DNA of 33,090 bases from a virus. Lineage: Duplodnaviria; Caudoviricetes. Positions within the stretch are counted from its first letter, which is position 1. The number at the start of each line of letters is the position of its first letter. Under the pieces are notes generated by a model. It searched no databases and was not told the DNA's origin. It saw only the letters and a program-made list of their open reading frames with translations. Made by a program: the position numbers and the translations under genes. This document shows positions 1 through 7,366 of this stretch, piece after piece. The DNA lies in the IMG/VR virus record IMGVR_UViG_3300042922_001441, positions 1-33,090 of that record. One strand, 5' to 3'.

Positions 1-921
1 ATGAAAAAAGCCTTAAAAATAAATACCATTAATAAAGAAGAAACTTGTATAAATGAAGTAATGGGTATGTTTATTGAGGATTGTAAAGTCAGAGGATTAA
101 GCAAGTCAACTTTAGAAAATTATTCCAATGCTTGTGGTATGTTTGTTGAGTTTATAGGTAATAAAAAGATGGAAAATATTGATAAGAATGATATTAATAA
201 ATTTGTTTTATATTTACAGCAAAGAGGAAATAACAACACTAGTATTAAAACACGACTAAAATCAATTAATGTATTTTTAAAATTTGGTAATATTAATATA
301 GATTTTCCTATGATAAAACAGGAGCGAAATATTAAGCAACCATATACAGAAGATGAAATTAAACAACTTCTTGAAAAGCCTAAAATACAATCCTATACTC
401 AATGGCGAAATCATGCTATAGTATCAACTTTTATTGGAACTGGAATAAGATGCAGAACATTAATTAATTTAAAAATATCTGATATAGACTTTGTGAACAA
501 TACCATATTTCTTGATAAAACCAAAACCAGTAAACAATACTATATTCCCTTGTCTACTGCATTAAAACAGACTTTAAAGCACTATCTATCTTTATACCAA
601 CATAATGTCGATGATTATTTGTTTGTTACCTTATATGGCGATCAGATGGATAGAGAAGCATTAAAGCAAACTATAAGAGACTATAATTTAAAACGTGGAG
701 TCACAAAAACATCCGTACATTTATTTAGGCATACTTTTGCATATAATTATCTTAAAAATGGCGGTAATATTGTATATTTACAAAACATCTTAGGTCATTC
801 AAAAATAGAAACTACAAGAGTATATTTGCTAATAACTAATGATGATTTAAAACAAAATTTTGATGATTATAGTCCTCTTGATAATATGCAACGCAAAGGA
901 ATTAAAATAAAGAACAACTAA
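1..921 (+). CDS. int: Tyrosine recombinase / phage integrase (XerC/D-like)
   Basis: N-terminal SAM-like 'RGLSKSTLENY'; catalytic R (GIRCRT), HxxR (HLFRHTFA), H (LGHS), Y (TRVY). Confidence 0.95.
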   Translation: MKKALKINTINKEETCINEVMGMFIEDCKVRGLSKSTLENYSNACGMFVEFIGNKKMENIDKNDINKFVLYLQQRGNNNTSIKTRLKSINVFLKFGNINIDFPMIKQERNIKQPYTEDEIKQLLEKPKIQSYTQWRNHAIVSTFIGTGIRCRTLINLKISDIDFVNNTIFLDKTKTSKQYYIPLSTALKQTLKHYLSLYQHNVDDYLFVTLYGDQMDREALKQTIRDYNLKRGVTKTSVHLFRHTFAYNYLKNGGNIVYLQNILGHSKIETTRVYLLITNDDLKQNFDDYSPLDNMQRKGIKIKNN

Positions 922-948
922 AAAAGGGTGTGCATATCAGCCACCCCT
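914..948 (-). terminator. Hairpin plus U-tract terminator (minus strand); imperfect direct repeat of 2104-2137
   Basis: GGGTG..CACCC stem preceded on + by an A-run; acaactaaaaa..gcata..agccacccct recurs at 2104-2137. Confidence 0.6.
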
Positions 949-1060
949 CTTAAAATATTCTTCTTATTTTGCTTTCGTATCAATTTTAGGAACACCTAGC
1001 CAAAGGAATAAACATAGTCCTAAACATATAAAAAACCACATATTACACCTCCATATGTTA

Positions 1061-1279
1061 TTATTTAAATCCAAATAACCTTTTCCAGAAACTTTTATTG
1101 CTTTTAGACTTTACATTTGTACTAAAACTAATTCCTGTTTTTGGCACACTTAACGTTGTTCTTCCTTTAGTATTTAAACTGACATTTCCAATTTTCACGC
1201 TTGGAGTAATTCCATTTTTACCTATGTTTAAAGATATGCCTTTACATAATTTTATACGCTTATTAAATCTAAATCCCAT
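1061..1279 (-). CDS. DUF4236-like small basic protein
   Basis: N-terminus MGFRFNKRIKLCKGISLNIGKNG matches the DUF4236 pattern. Confidence 0.75.
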   Translation of the reverse strand: MGFRFNKRIKLCKGISLNIGKNGITPSVKIGNVSLNTKGRTTLSVPKTGISFSTNVKSKSNKSFWKRLFGFK

Positions 1280-1290
1280 TAAATCACCGC

Positions 1291-1896
1291 CTAATTTATA
1301 TTAAAAGTTTTACTTATTTTCTTATCCCCTAAAAATTCAGCTATCTCAATTGTAATTGGTGATTTGTCTTTTAGCACAAATAGTTGACCATATTTTAATG
1401 TACTTCCACTTAATACACTTACATATGAGTCGTTTTCTGTTAAATCTCCGTCAAAAGATGCTTCTAATTCTACGCCATTCTGATATGCATTTACACTATA
1501 TAAACTTCCTAATGGTGATTGTGTTTCTCCGCTATTATTTGCAAATGAAATATTGACAATAGCAACTTGTTTATCTTCATAATTAACGCCTGTTTCAACA
1601 CTATTGATGATAAAGGTATATTTATCCTTGGTAGACGCAATTGGAGTGCTTTCAGTGTTATTTGCCCCTAAATATATAGTACTATTACTATATTTTACTG
1701 GAATTTTAACAAGATCACTGAACCCTCTTAATGGAACATATGTAGTACCATTATATGATATTACCTTTTGTGTAGACGTAGCACCGTTATAAACAATTGA
1801 TTGATTTTGTAATGTAGCAGAAATTTTTGTTCCTGTAGCTGCTCCTATTGTAAACGCTAATAATAAAGTTCCTATAAATAACAATGATTTCTTCAC
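1291..1896 (-). CDS. Secreted protein: signal peptide, copper-amine-oxidase-N/stalk-like domain, DUF5067-like C-terminal domain
   Basis: MKK plus hydrophobic stretch; 'YNGTTYVPLR' motif; 'FANNS..SP..AYQNGVELE'; GGAGG RBS before the GTG start. Confidence 0.7.
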   Translation of the reverse strand: MKKSLLFIGTLLLAFTIGAATGTKISATLQNQSIVYNGATSTQKVISYNGTTYVPLRGFSDLVKIPVKYSNSTIYLGANNTESTPIASTKDKYTFIINSVETGVNYEDKQVAIVNISFANNSGETQSPLGSLYSVNAYQNGVELEASFDGDLTENDSYVSVLSGSTLKYGQLFVLKDKSPITIEIAEFLGDKKISKTFNIN

Positions 1897-1923
1897 GCTA
1901 ATACCTCCATTTGTTTTTATTTG

Positions 1924-1952
1924 ATTATACTAATATTTCCGAAAATAATCAA
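1924..1952 (-). promoter_or_regulatory. sigma70/sigmaA promoter of the 1061-1896 moron
   Basis: TTGATT-17 nt-TATAAT on the minus strand. Confidence 0.65.
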
Positions 1953-1994
1953 CAACCTATATATTTCAATTATTTTATATTATGAATATCTGCC

Positions 1995-2137
1995 CCTCAA
2001 ATCTGAGGTCGAGATATGCGACGTTAGGTGGTAAAGTGTTTACTACGTTTGATATAGGTCACACAAATTATGTGTATCCTTAAAATGGTGTCACAAAATA
2101 GTGACAACTAAAAAGCGGGGGCATAATAGCCACCCCT
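1995..2137. repeat. Cluster of about 6 short imperfect palindromes
   Basis: cctca-aatc-tgagg; gtcg-agatatg-cgac; gtaaa-gtg-tttac; acaca-aatta-tgtgt; tgtcac-aaaata-gtgaca; ggggc-ataata-gccacccc. Confidence 0.6.
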
Positions 2138-2163
2138 TGAAATTTCAAGCACATTTTTACCAT

Positions 2164-2448
2164 TTAATTCTGATTGTCTATGATTTCATTTTCACTTTTC
2201 ATAACTTGATCGAATCTAGCCAATGTACCACTACCAACTCCAATCAGTTTTGCTAATTCTTTTTCAGTATGAACTTTTGTTTTTAAGAGGGTTTCTCCTT
2301 TCGGAGAAAAGCTCTTGTCTTTTGGATGATTTTCACCGAAAATTTTTCCAGCTTTAATTTGATTTTCTTTTGCTTCTTGAATTAGTCTTTCTTTAAACTT
2401 TTGACCAATCAGTATTCTCTGTGCTGGAATTAAACACAAGGCTACCAT
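2164..2448 (-). pseudogene. Fragment of a phage ParB-associated/HTH DNA-binding protein
   Basis: 'EAKENQIKAG...TEKELAKLIGVGSGTLARFDQV' resembles the HTH part of phage ParB-like proteins; no N-terminal domain or RBS. Confidence 0.5.
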
Positions 2449-2462
2449 TTCGCACAGTAGCC

Positions 2463-2975
2463 CTATAACTTGCTTGCAAATTTAATAATCAAACTCTTTA
2501 CATTGTCAACCTTAACATTAGCCTGTGTAATATTTTTCCACACATCTGGGGAAGAAATAACACCTTTTTGGGCTAACTTATTGACTGCAATTAAATATGT
2601 ATCATCATCCTTTATAGTACCTACTGGATTGTCATTTTCAAGATGTCCACTATCATAGAATCCTTTAAAGTCTCCACCCCAATACAATCCTAATTTCTTG
2701 CCAATAGCACCACATTTACGTATGATATCATCTGGATATAGATTACCTCCCTGATTGTTATAAAAATCAAATGCAAGCCCATCCTGATGCTTAGAGCGTG
2801 CTATTTTACTAGCACCTTTAGCAATCATTTCTTTCTGTCTTTCAGCACTTCTCCAAGTCTCCGATATACCTATATTCAATCCTTGTTTTTTACATTCGTC
2901 TAAGAATCTAAGGCACAATATCTTTGTCTCTGGAGTAAGTTTATCTATATCTCTACATGCTACAGTCGCCATCAT
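2463..2975 (-). CDS. Endolysin, M15-family peptidase (L-Ala-D-Glu peptidase type)
   Basis: ETWRSAERQ, SKHQDGLAFD (SxH..D), WGGDF and DSGHLE motifs; directly after the holin. Confidence 0.9.
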   Translation of the reverse strand: MMATVACRDIDKLTPETKILCLRFLDECKKQGLNIGISETWRSAERQKEMIAKGASKIARSKHQDGLAFDFYNNQGGNLYPDDIIRKCGAIGKKLGLYWGGDFKGFYDSGHLENDNPVGTIKDDDTYLIAVNKLAQKGVISSPDVWKNITQANVKVDNVKSLIIKFASKL

Positions 2976-3388
2976 TTAACCTCCGTTCCTTTATCATTGT
3001 TCCCTCTTAATTGAAGCAATACGTCCTTAATTTTTTGAGGAATTGGTAATCCCATCTGACTGGAATTTTCTAAAATACTAAGCCCCTCATTACACGCAAA
3101 AAATGTAATAACAATTTCCCTTAAAGGTATCTCTATTCCCATATTAACCTGTAATATATTTGCTAAAACAACGACTACAAATATAAGTATCTTCTTTATA
3201 ATCCCCTTATACCCTATCTCACTTGATAGCTGCTTATTAAATATGGCCTTTAACATACCTGTTATATAATCTAATATGACAACAATTACAAGAGCATATA
3301 GTGCCTTATCCCAGCCACCAAGTAAACCTATAACACTACCTCCAATTGTTCCAAAGACAATGCTTGTTCCATTAAACATTTTATCCAC
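2972..3388 (-). CDS. Holin (phage holin 4_1 / toxin-secretion family)
   Basis: LLGGWD..L..L....DYITG, SSEIGYKGIIKK, NEGLSILEN, GLPIP motifs. Start moved from 3448 to GTG 3388, which has an AAGGGG RBS 5 nt upstream. Confidence 0.9.
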   Translation of the reverse strand: MDKMFNGTSIVFGTIGGSVIGLLGGWDKALYALVIVVILDYITGMLKAIFNKQLSSEIGYKGIIKKILIFVVVVLANILQVNMGIEIPLREIVITFFACNEGLSILENSSQMGLPIPQKIKDVLLQLRGNNDKGTEVK

Positions 3389-3445
3389 TGAATCCCCTTC
3401 TTTCTTTTTATCTAACACAATTCCCCCCGCTAATTCCACCCACAA

Positions 3446-3477
3446 CAAAAAAAGACCTATCTCATTCGACAGGTCTT
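3446..3477 (-). terminator. Intrinsic terminator upstream of the holin
   Basis: Minus strand AAGACCTGTC-gaatga-GATAGGTCTT followed by a T-run. Confidence 0.65.
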
Positions 3478-3501
3478 AATTTTTTATTCAATTTTGTATA
3501 T

Positions 3502-3547
3502 AACAAAAGCACCTTGTATTTATAATATTTGACAAGGTGCTTTTGTT
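3502..3547. terminator. Long hairpin, probable bidirectional terminator downstream of the NYN gene
   Basis: aacaaaagcaccttgt (3502-3517) is the perfect reverse complement of acaaggtgcttttgtt (3532-3547). Confidence 0.75.
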
Positions 3548-3550
3548 TTC

Positions 3551-3635
3551 TCTTGGTAAAACAATTATAAATCTTAATAAAACTCATTTTCTTGGTAAAA
3601 CAAATATTAATCTTGGTAAAACTCATTTTCTTAAT
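3551..3635. repeat. Tandem repeat, ~2.2 x 39 bp (core TCTT[GG/AA]TAAAAC at alternating 21/18-nt spacing)
   Basis: Core copies start at 3551, 3572, 3590 and 3611, with a partial copy at 3629. Confidence 0.85.
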
Positions 3636-3653
3636 ATTATAATATGATAATTC

Positions 3654-4574
3654 TTAATTTTTGTCAACTATTTTTATATAACTTTCATATAATTTATTAA
3701 TCATAGCATCAAAATCATAATTAGCTATAATATTGCTTTCTGTGATGATGTTCCCGTCTATATATATTTGTTTTAATTCGGATGTGAGTATCGCCACACC
3801 AGTTTGATCGCATTTCATCCTACTATCATAATACTTATAATTATATACCATCATCGCTTCTTCTTCAACTAGCTGTTTTATAATATTTGCAAATTCATAT
3901 TTCATTATATTAAAATGTGAAAATGATTTATTTATATAAAAATCCAGTCCATGGTGAACGATATTTTTATTGTTTGTAATATAGTCTTTATGTTTTATAA
4001 TCAAATATTCATGTAAATTATTATATATGGATTTATAATACTTCTCAATTTCTAAATCTTCGGTTATTAATATTTTTTCAATATTATCAATATTTATAAT
4101 TTTGTCAGGGAAATTCAATAAAGACTTATCATATTCATTGCCACAAACTATTAAATAGATAAACTCTTTATACTTTTTAACAGCCTTTATTACTGGTGTC
4201 ATATCTTTATCATTGGAGATCAATATAAACCCATCAATATTATTATTTGTATGCATTTGTTCTAATAAGTCTGCCGTGATTTTTAAATCAGAAAAATTCT
4301 TTCCTTTATTTGATGTGTGTACAGTTTCAATACCATACTCCTGTAATTTTGTTTGATGGTTGGACTCATATAAATCTTTTAAGTCAAAATTACAATAAAC
4401 AATAATATCCATTATCCTCATATTGTTTTCTTCACACCATTTTGTCAATTTTTCAAAAAATCCCATACCTAATAAATTCTTATGTTCTTTAAGTAGTGTT
4501 TTATGAACATTTTCATAATCAACATATATTACAACATTTTTTCTAACTTTATTATCTTTTTCCATTATCACCAA
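3654..4574 (-). CDS. NYN domain (LabA/DUF88, PIN-like) putative ribonuclease with C-terminal extension
   Basis: IYVDYENV, GKNFSDLKITAD and LISNDKDMTPVI acidic motifs of the NYN family. Confidence 0.9.
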   Translation of the reverse strand: MVIMEKDNKVRKNVVIYVDYENVHKTLLKEHKNLLGMGFFEKLTKWCEENNMRIMDIIVYCNFDLKDLYESNHQTKLQEYGIETVHTSNKGKNFSDLKITADLLEQMHTNNNIDGFILISNDKDMTPVIKAVKKYKEFIYLIVCGNEYDKSLLNFPDKIINIDNIEKILITEDLEIEKYYKSIYNNLHEYLIIKHKDYITNNKNIVHHGLDFYINKSFSHFNIMKYEFANIIKQLVEEEAMMVYNYKYYDSRMKCDQTGVAILTSELKQIYIDGNIITESNIIANYDFDAMINKLYESYIKIVDKN

Positions 4575-4604
4575 ATCCCCTCAATAGTATTATCCTCTTG
4601 TCAC

Positions 4605-4633
4605 ATTATAACACTATATTGAGAATATGGGAA
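4605..4633 (-). promoter_or_regulatory. Extended -10 promoter for the NYN gene
   Basis: TTCCCA-17 nt-TATAAT with TGn immediately before the -10. Confidence 0.6.
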
Positions 4634-4762
4634 TTAGTTAGAATGTTGTGGCGGATGGGGTGAGGGTTAGGATGCTTTGTTGAAAATGGTTATCCAAATT
4701 CAACACCGCAATCATGTAATTATTTATCTATGATATAGGCATCCATATATGCTCCAAATGGC

Positions 4763-4792
4763 TTGCACATTTTAAAAATTATATGTTACAAT
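4763..4792 (+). promoter_or_regulatory. Promoter for small ORF 4839-4994
   Basis: TTGCAC-18 nt-TACAAT with extended TGn. Confidence 0.55.
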
Positions 4793-4838
4793 ATCTTTGT
4801 AGTACGTACTATACTCTAAGGAAAGGGGTATTTACATA

Positions 4839-4994
4839 GTGAAAAAATCTAAACACACCGTTTTAAAAATGATTGCAGTAATTAATCTAATTTGCAGTCT
4901 GGTTACATTTACTTTTGATGTAACAAACAATTTTAACATCAACATGAGCACTACTATTATTAACAATAATTACACTATAACTCAGCAACAATAA
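4839..4994 (+). CDS. 51-aa peptide with basic N-terminus and hydrophobic segment (candidate type I toxin or secreted peptide)
   Basis: GTG start after AAGGGG RBS: MKKSKHTVLKMIAVINLICSLVTFTFDVTNNFNINMSTTIINNNYTITQQQ; followed by hairpin cccatatca..tggtatggg. Confidence 0.55.
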   Translation: MKKSKHTVLKMIAVINLICSLVTFTFDVTNNFNINMSTTIINNNYTITQQQ

Positions 4995-5240
4995 TGTACA
5001 CTCCCATATCACTCGAATGGTATGGGAATATTTTACACAAAAATAGACGCTATTAGGATGCTCGAACAAACTAATCTCGTCTATTAAATTCTTCGTACTT
5101 AGGATTATTGGTTAATCACTCCAATAACTCTGTACATACATAGAGAGATAAATCAAGGTACACCAAACCTTTTCTTTTCTCCTGTTCATCATAAGATGAA
5201 TTTCTATATATAACTTTCAATCAACTATGTTACATATTTA

Positions 5241-5269
5241 AGTTTACAACCCTTAATTGGTATTGTCAA
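5241..5269 (-). promoter_or_regulatory. Near-consensus promoter firing leftwards into a hairpin-rich stretch with no convincing ORF
   Basis: TTGACA-17 nt-TAAACT on the minus strand. Confidence 0.6.
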
Positions 5270-5278
5270 TAATTTTAG

Positions 5279-5347
5279 CTAAAAATTAGCACACACACTA
5301 GATATATTTTCTGGATGTGGAGGTCTGACTGCTTTATAATTTTTCAT
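5279..5347 (-). pseudogene. Relic of a C5-cytosine methyltransferase 5' end with an internal 28-bp inversion
   Basis: Minus strand reads MKNYKAV; 5301-5327 on + reads DIFSGCGGL (motif I). Re-inverting 5300-5327 gives MKNYKAVDIFSGCGGLS. Confidence 0.55.
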
Positions 5348-5464
5348 CTTTTGACTTTTATTTCCACTCCAATTAAAATCCTCATTTTATTATATTATTC
5401 AGAAATCTAGCCCTTGATAGTCAATTGGTTTATCTGTTAATATATGCCTATTTGTTGCAATAAA

Positions 5465-5749
5465 TCAAATCTGATTATATATATCGCTATACATTTGAAT
5501 CAATTCTTTCAAATCTGATTTATCTATCTTATCTACAACTTCATTTACTCCATCGGTCATTGTAATTTCACAGTATTTAGTTGTAACTTCTTCGACGGTT
5601 TCAGATACGATTTCTAATTCTAATGTAGTTTCTTCTGTTAAATTTGCTGAAATTTTCGATATATCTTTTTTATTATTAGTGTTTAAATAGTCTGAATAAG
5701 TAACATTTGTTATCATTCTTACCTCCTGATAATATTTGTAAAAGGGCAT
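5465..5749 (-). CDS. Hypothetical acidic protein (true start probably ATG ~5716)
   Basis: Open frame; AGGAGG RBS precedes MITNV. Confidence 0.65.
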   Translation of the reverse strand: MPFYKYYQEVRMITNVTYSDYLNTNNKKDISKISANLTEETTLELEIVSETVEEVTTKYCEITMTDGVNEVVDKIDKSDLKELIQMYSDIYNQI

Positions 5750-5805
5750 AAAAAATACGCCCTCTGGCGCTACTGTTTTCTACTTATAAAACTGAAATTT
5801 GTTTA

Positions 5806-5946
5806 TTATGCTACTAGCTCATCTAATATCCCCCATACAACCGATTGAAGATTGAACAAATTTGGCACTTGCTCCCTAGTATAAACTCCACTCACAACAA
5901 GCGTAACCCACGTTTTTACGATAATACTGTCTCTTGTAAATACCAT
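5806..5946 (-). CDS. 46-aa small tail-region protein (CD1375/XkdX-like), paralog of 5966-6133
   Basis: MVFTRDSIIVKTWVTLVVSGVYTREQVPNLFNLQSVVWGILDELVA; GAGG RBS. Confidence 0.75.
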   Translation of the reverse strand: MVFTRDSIIVKTWVTLVVSGVYTREQVPNLFNLQSVVWGILDELVA

Positions 5947-5965
5947 AAATAATAACCTCACTTTC

Positions 5966-6133
5966 TTAAATAGTCGCTTCATTTTCTGTCATTCCCTCTG
6001 TTGCATCTAGCATAGAATAAACCACCTCTCTTAAATTAAAAAGATTAGGCACATTCTCTCTTGTGTATGAGTCGTTCTGATTAGTGATAAGATTAACCCA
6101 CGTTTTTGCGATTTGACTGTTTTCATTAAACAT
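5966..6133 (-). CDS. 55-aa small tail-region protein (CD1375/XkdX-like)
   Basis: MFNENSQIAKTWVNLITNQNDSYTRENVPNLFNLREVVYSMLDATEGMTENEATI; starts directly after the upstream stop codon. Confidence 0.75.
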   Translation of the reverse strand: MFNENSQIAKTWVNLITNQNDSYTRENVPNLFNLREVVYSMLDATEGMTENEATI

Positions 6134-6460
6134 TTACATCCCCCCCATCATCATTGCCATAACTGTTGTAATTTCTGCTGTCGCTTGCTGTTGCTCTAAT
6201 TGCATTCCTGCCATTACCATACTAAACTCAGCTATTAAATTTTCAATTTCACTAGGTTGTGGTGGTTTTATTAACAATAGTTTCTCTGCCTCTGTTAATG
6301 CTATCAATTCATCACCCACTACTTTATAATTATGTTTTAATACTCCTTCAATGTCTGTTTCAATCAGTTCACCTCTGTCTCCTAACCCTGTACCATAGTC
6401 GTCTATAACTGCCACGCCATCAATGACGATTGTTGTAATATAGTATTGCATATTATACAC
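6134..6460 (-). CDS. Hypothetical tail-fibre-associated protein
   Basis: Follows the fibre gene; PPQPSEIE plus C-terminal helix ending GGM is typical of genes at this position. Confidence 0.6.
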   Translation of the reverse strand: MYNMQYYITTIVIDGVAVIDDYGTGLGDRGELIETDIEGVLKHNYKVVGDELIALTEAEKLLLIKPPQPSEIENLIAEFSMVMAGMQLEQQQATAEITTVMAMMMGGM

Positions 6461-7181
6461 TTCCTTTCAAAACACCTTTAACGCTTACAAGGTTCAGTGT
6501 TGAGGGGTTGGTTTGTATTGTATAAATTAAATTACCTGTTACTTGCACTTTTGGGACTAAGACAAACGCACCTCCATAGTGCAACGCTGTAATTGGTTGT
6601 GCATAATGTATTTTAGCTGGGTATACCAAGGATAAACATTCAATAATCTGCTCATAGTATGTGCCAGACTTTCCAAGTCTTAGTATCAAAGAATGGTAAT
6701 TTTCAGCGCTAGCAGAAAGGGTTATATCGCCACTTGATGCAGCACCAGTCCATAGATTGTCTATTTTATCCGTGGTGGCTAATTCCTGCCAAGGAGACCA
6801 TGTGACTCTATCGTTATAGCTAGTTCTATAATACTTTGTGGAACTTGAAATGGTAAACTCTGTAAAAGTTTGTTCCCAATATTTATAATTCCCACTAGCA
6901 TCTGCATCTAAATATATTTTCTTAGACTCTATTAACCCGTAAGGCATAGGAACATTAGTCGCGCCATTTTGCACTCTCCACCATCCATTAGTAGCTATAG
7001 TGTTTGCATCACTAGCAAATACCCCTCTGTATTGCGATAAAATGCTTATTTTATTGGCATTATCTTTTGTATTTTCTAATAACTCATCAAACTTCATATT
7101 CATAAATTCTGCTGTTGTTTCTAATTTAGGCTCATCTGCATCTAAACCTAATATAGGTGTTAAAACCTCTTTAAAAGCCAT
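6453..7181 (-). CDS. Tail fibre / receptor-binding protein with pyocin-knob-like domain
   Basis: DANTIATNGWWRV...P..YGLIE...EQTF...YYRT...WSPWQEL pattern; last large tail gene. Confidence 0.75.
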   Translation of the reverse strand: MAFKEVLTPILGLDADEPKLETTAEFMNMKFDELLENTKDNANKISILSQYRGVFASDANTIATNGWWRVQNGATNVPMPYGLIESKKIYLDADASGNYKYWEQTFTEFTISSSTKYYRTSYNDRVTWSPWQELATTDKIDNLWTGAASSGDITLSASAENYHSLILRLGKSGTYYEQIIECLSLVYPAKIHYAQPITALHYGGAFVLVPKVQVTGNLIYTIQTNPSTLNLVSVKGVLKGSV

Positions 7182-7366
7182 TACTTAATCACCTTCCCTT
7201 GCAGTACATAGACTTTTGTTTCTTTATCAAATAAAAAATACACCCTATCTCCATTTACAGGAGTATAAAGTGCATTTCTAAAATATCTATTCAGTTCAAC
7301 TTCTATCGTTTCTCCGTCAAATAAAATTTTATTATTTGGCTTAACTGTAGCAAATTTAAATATCAT
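7181..7366 (-). CDS. Small baseplate/tail protein (OB-fold-like)
   Basis: FATV...ILFDGE...YTPVNGDRV...YVLQGKV; translationally coupled within the tail operon. Confidence 0.6.
   Translation of the reverse strand: MIFKFATVKPNNKILFDGETIEVELNRYFRNALYTPVNGDRVYFLFDKETKVYVLQGKVIK

Noticed and set aside
3551-3635. Repeat array as a mini-CRISPR
   Set aside because: The 12-bp cores are separated by only 6-9 nt that themselves repeat; no unique spacers and no cas genes.
4887-5069. 60-aa minus-strand ORF
   Set aside because: No convincing RBS, and it overlaps the better-supported plus-strand peptide gene.
5806-7181. Diversity-generating retroelement acting on the tail fibre
   Set aside because: No reverse transcriptase and no TR/VR pair with adenine-specific differences; the nearby similarity is a diverged gene duplication.
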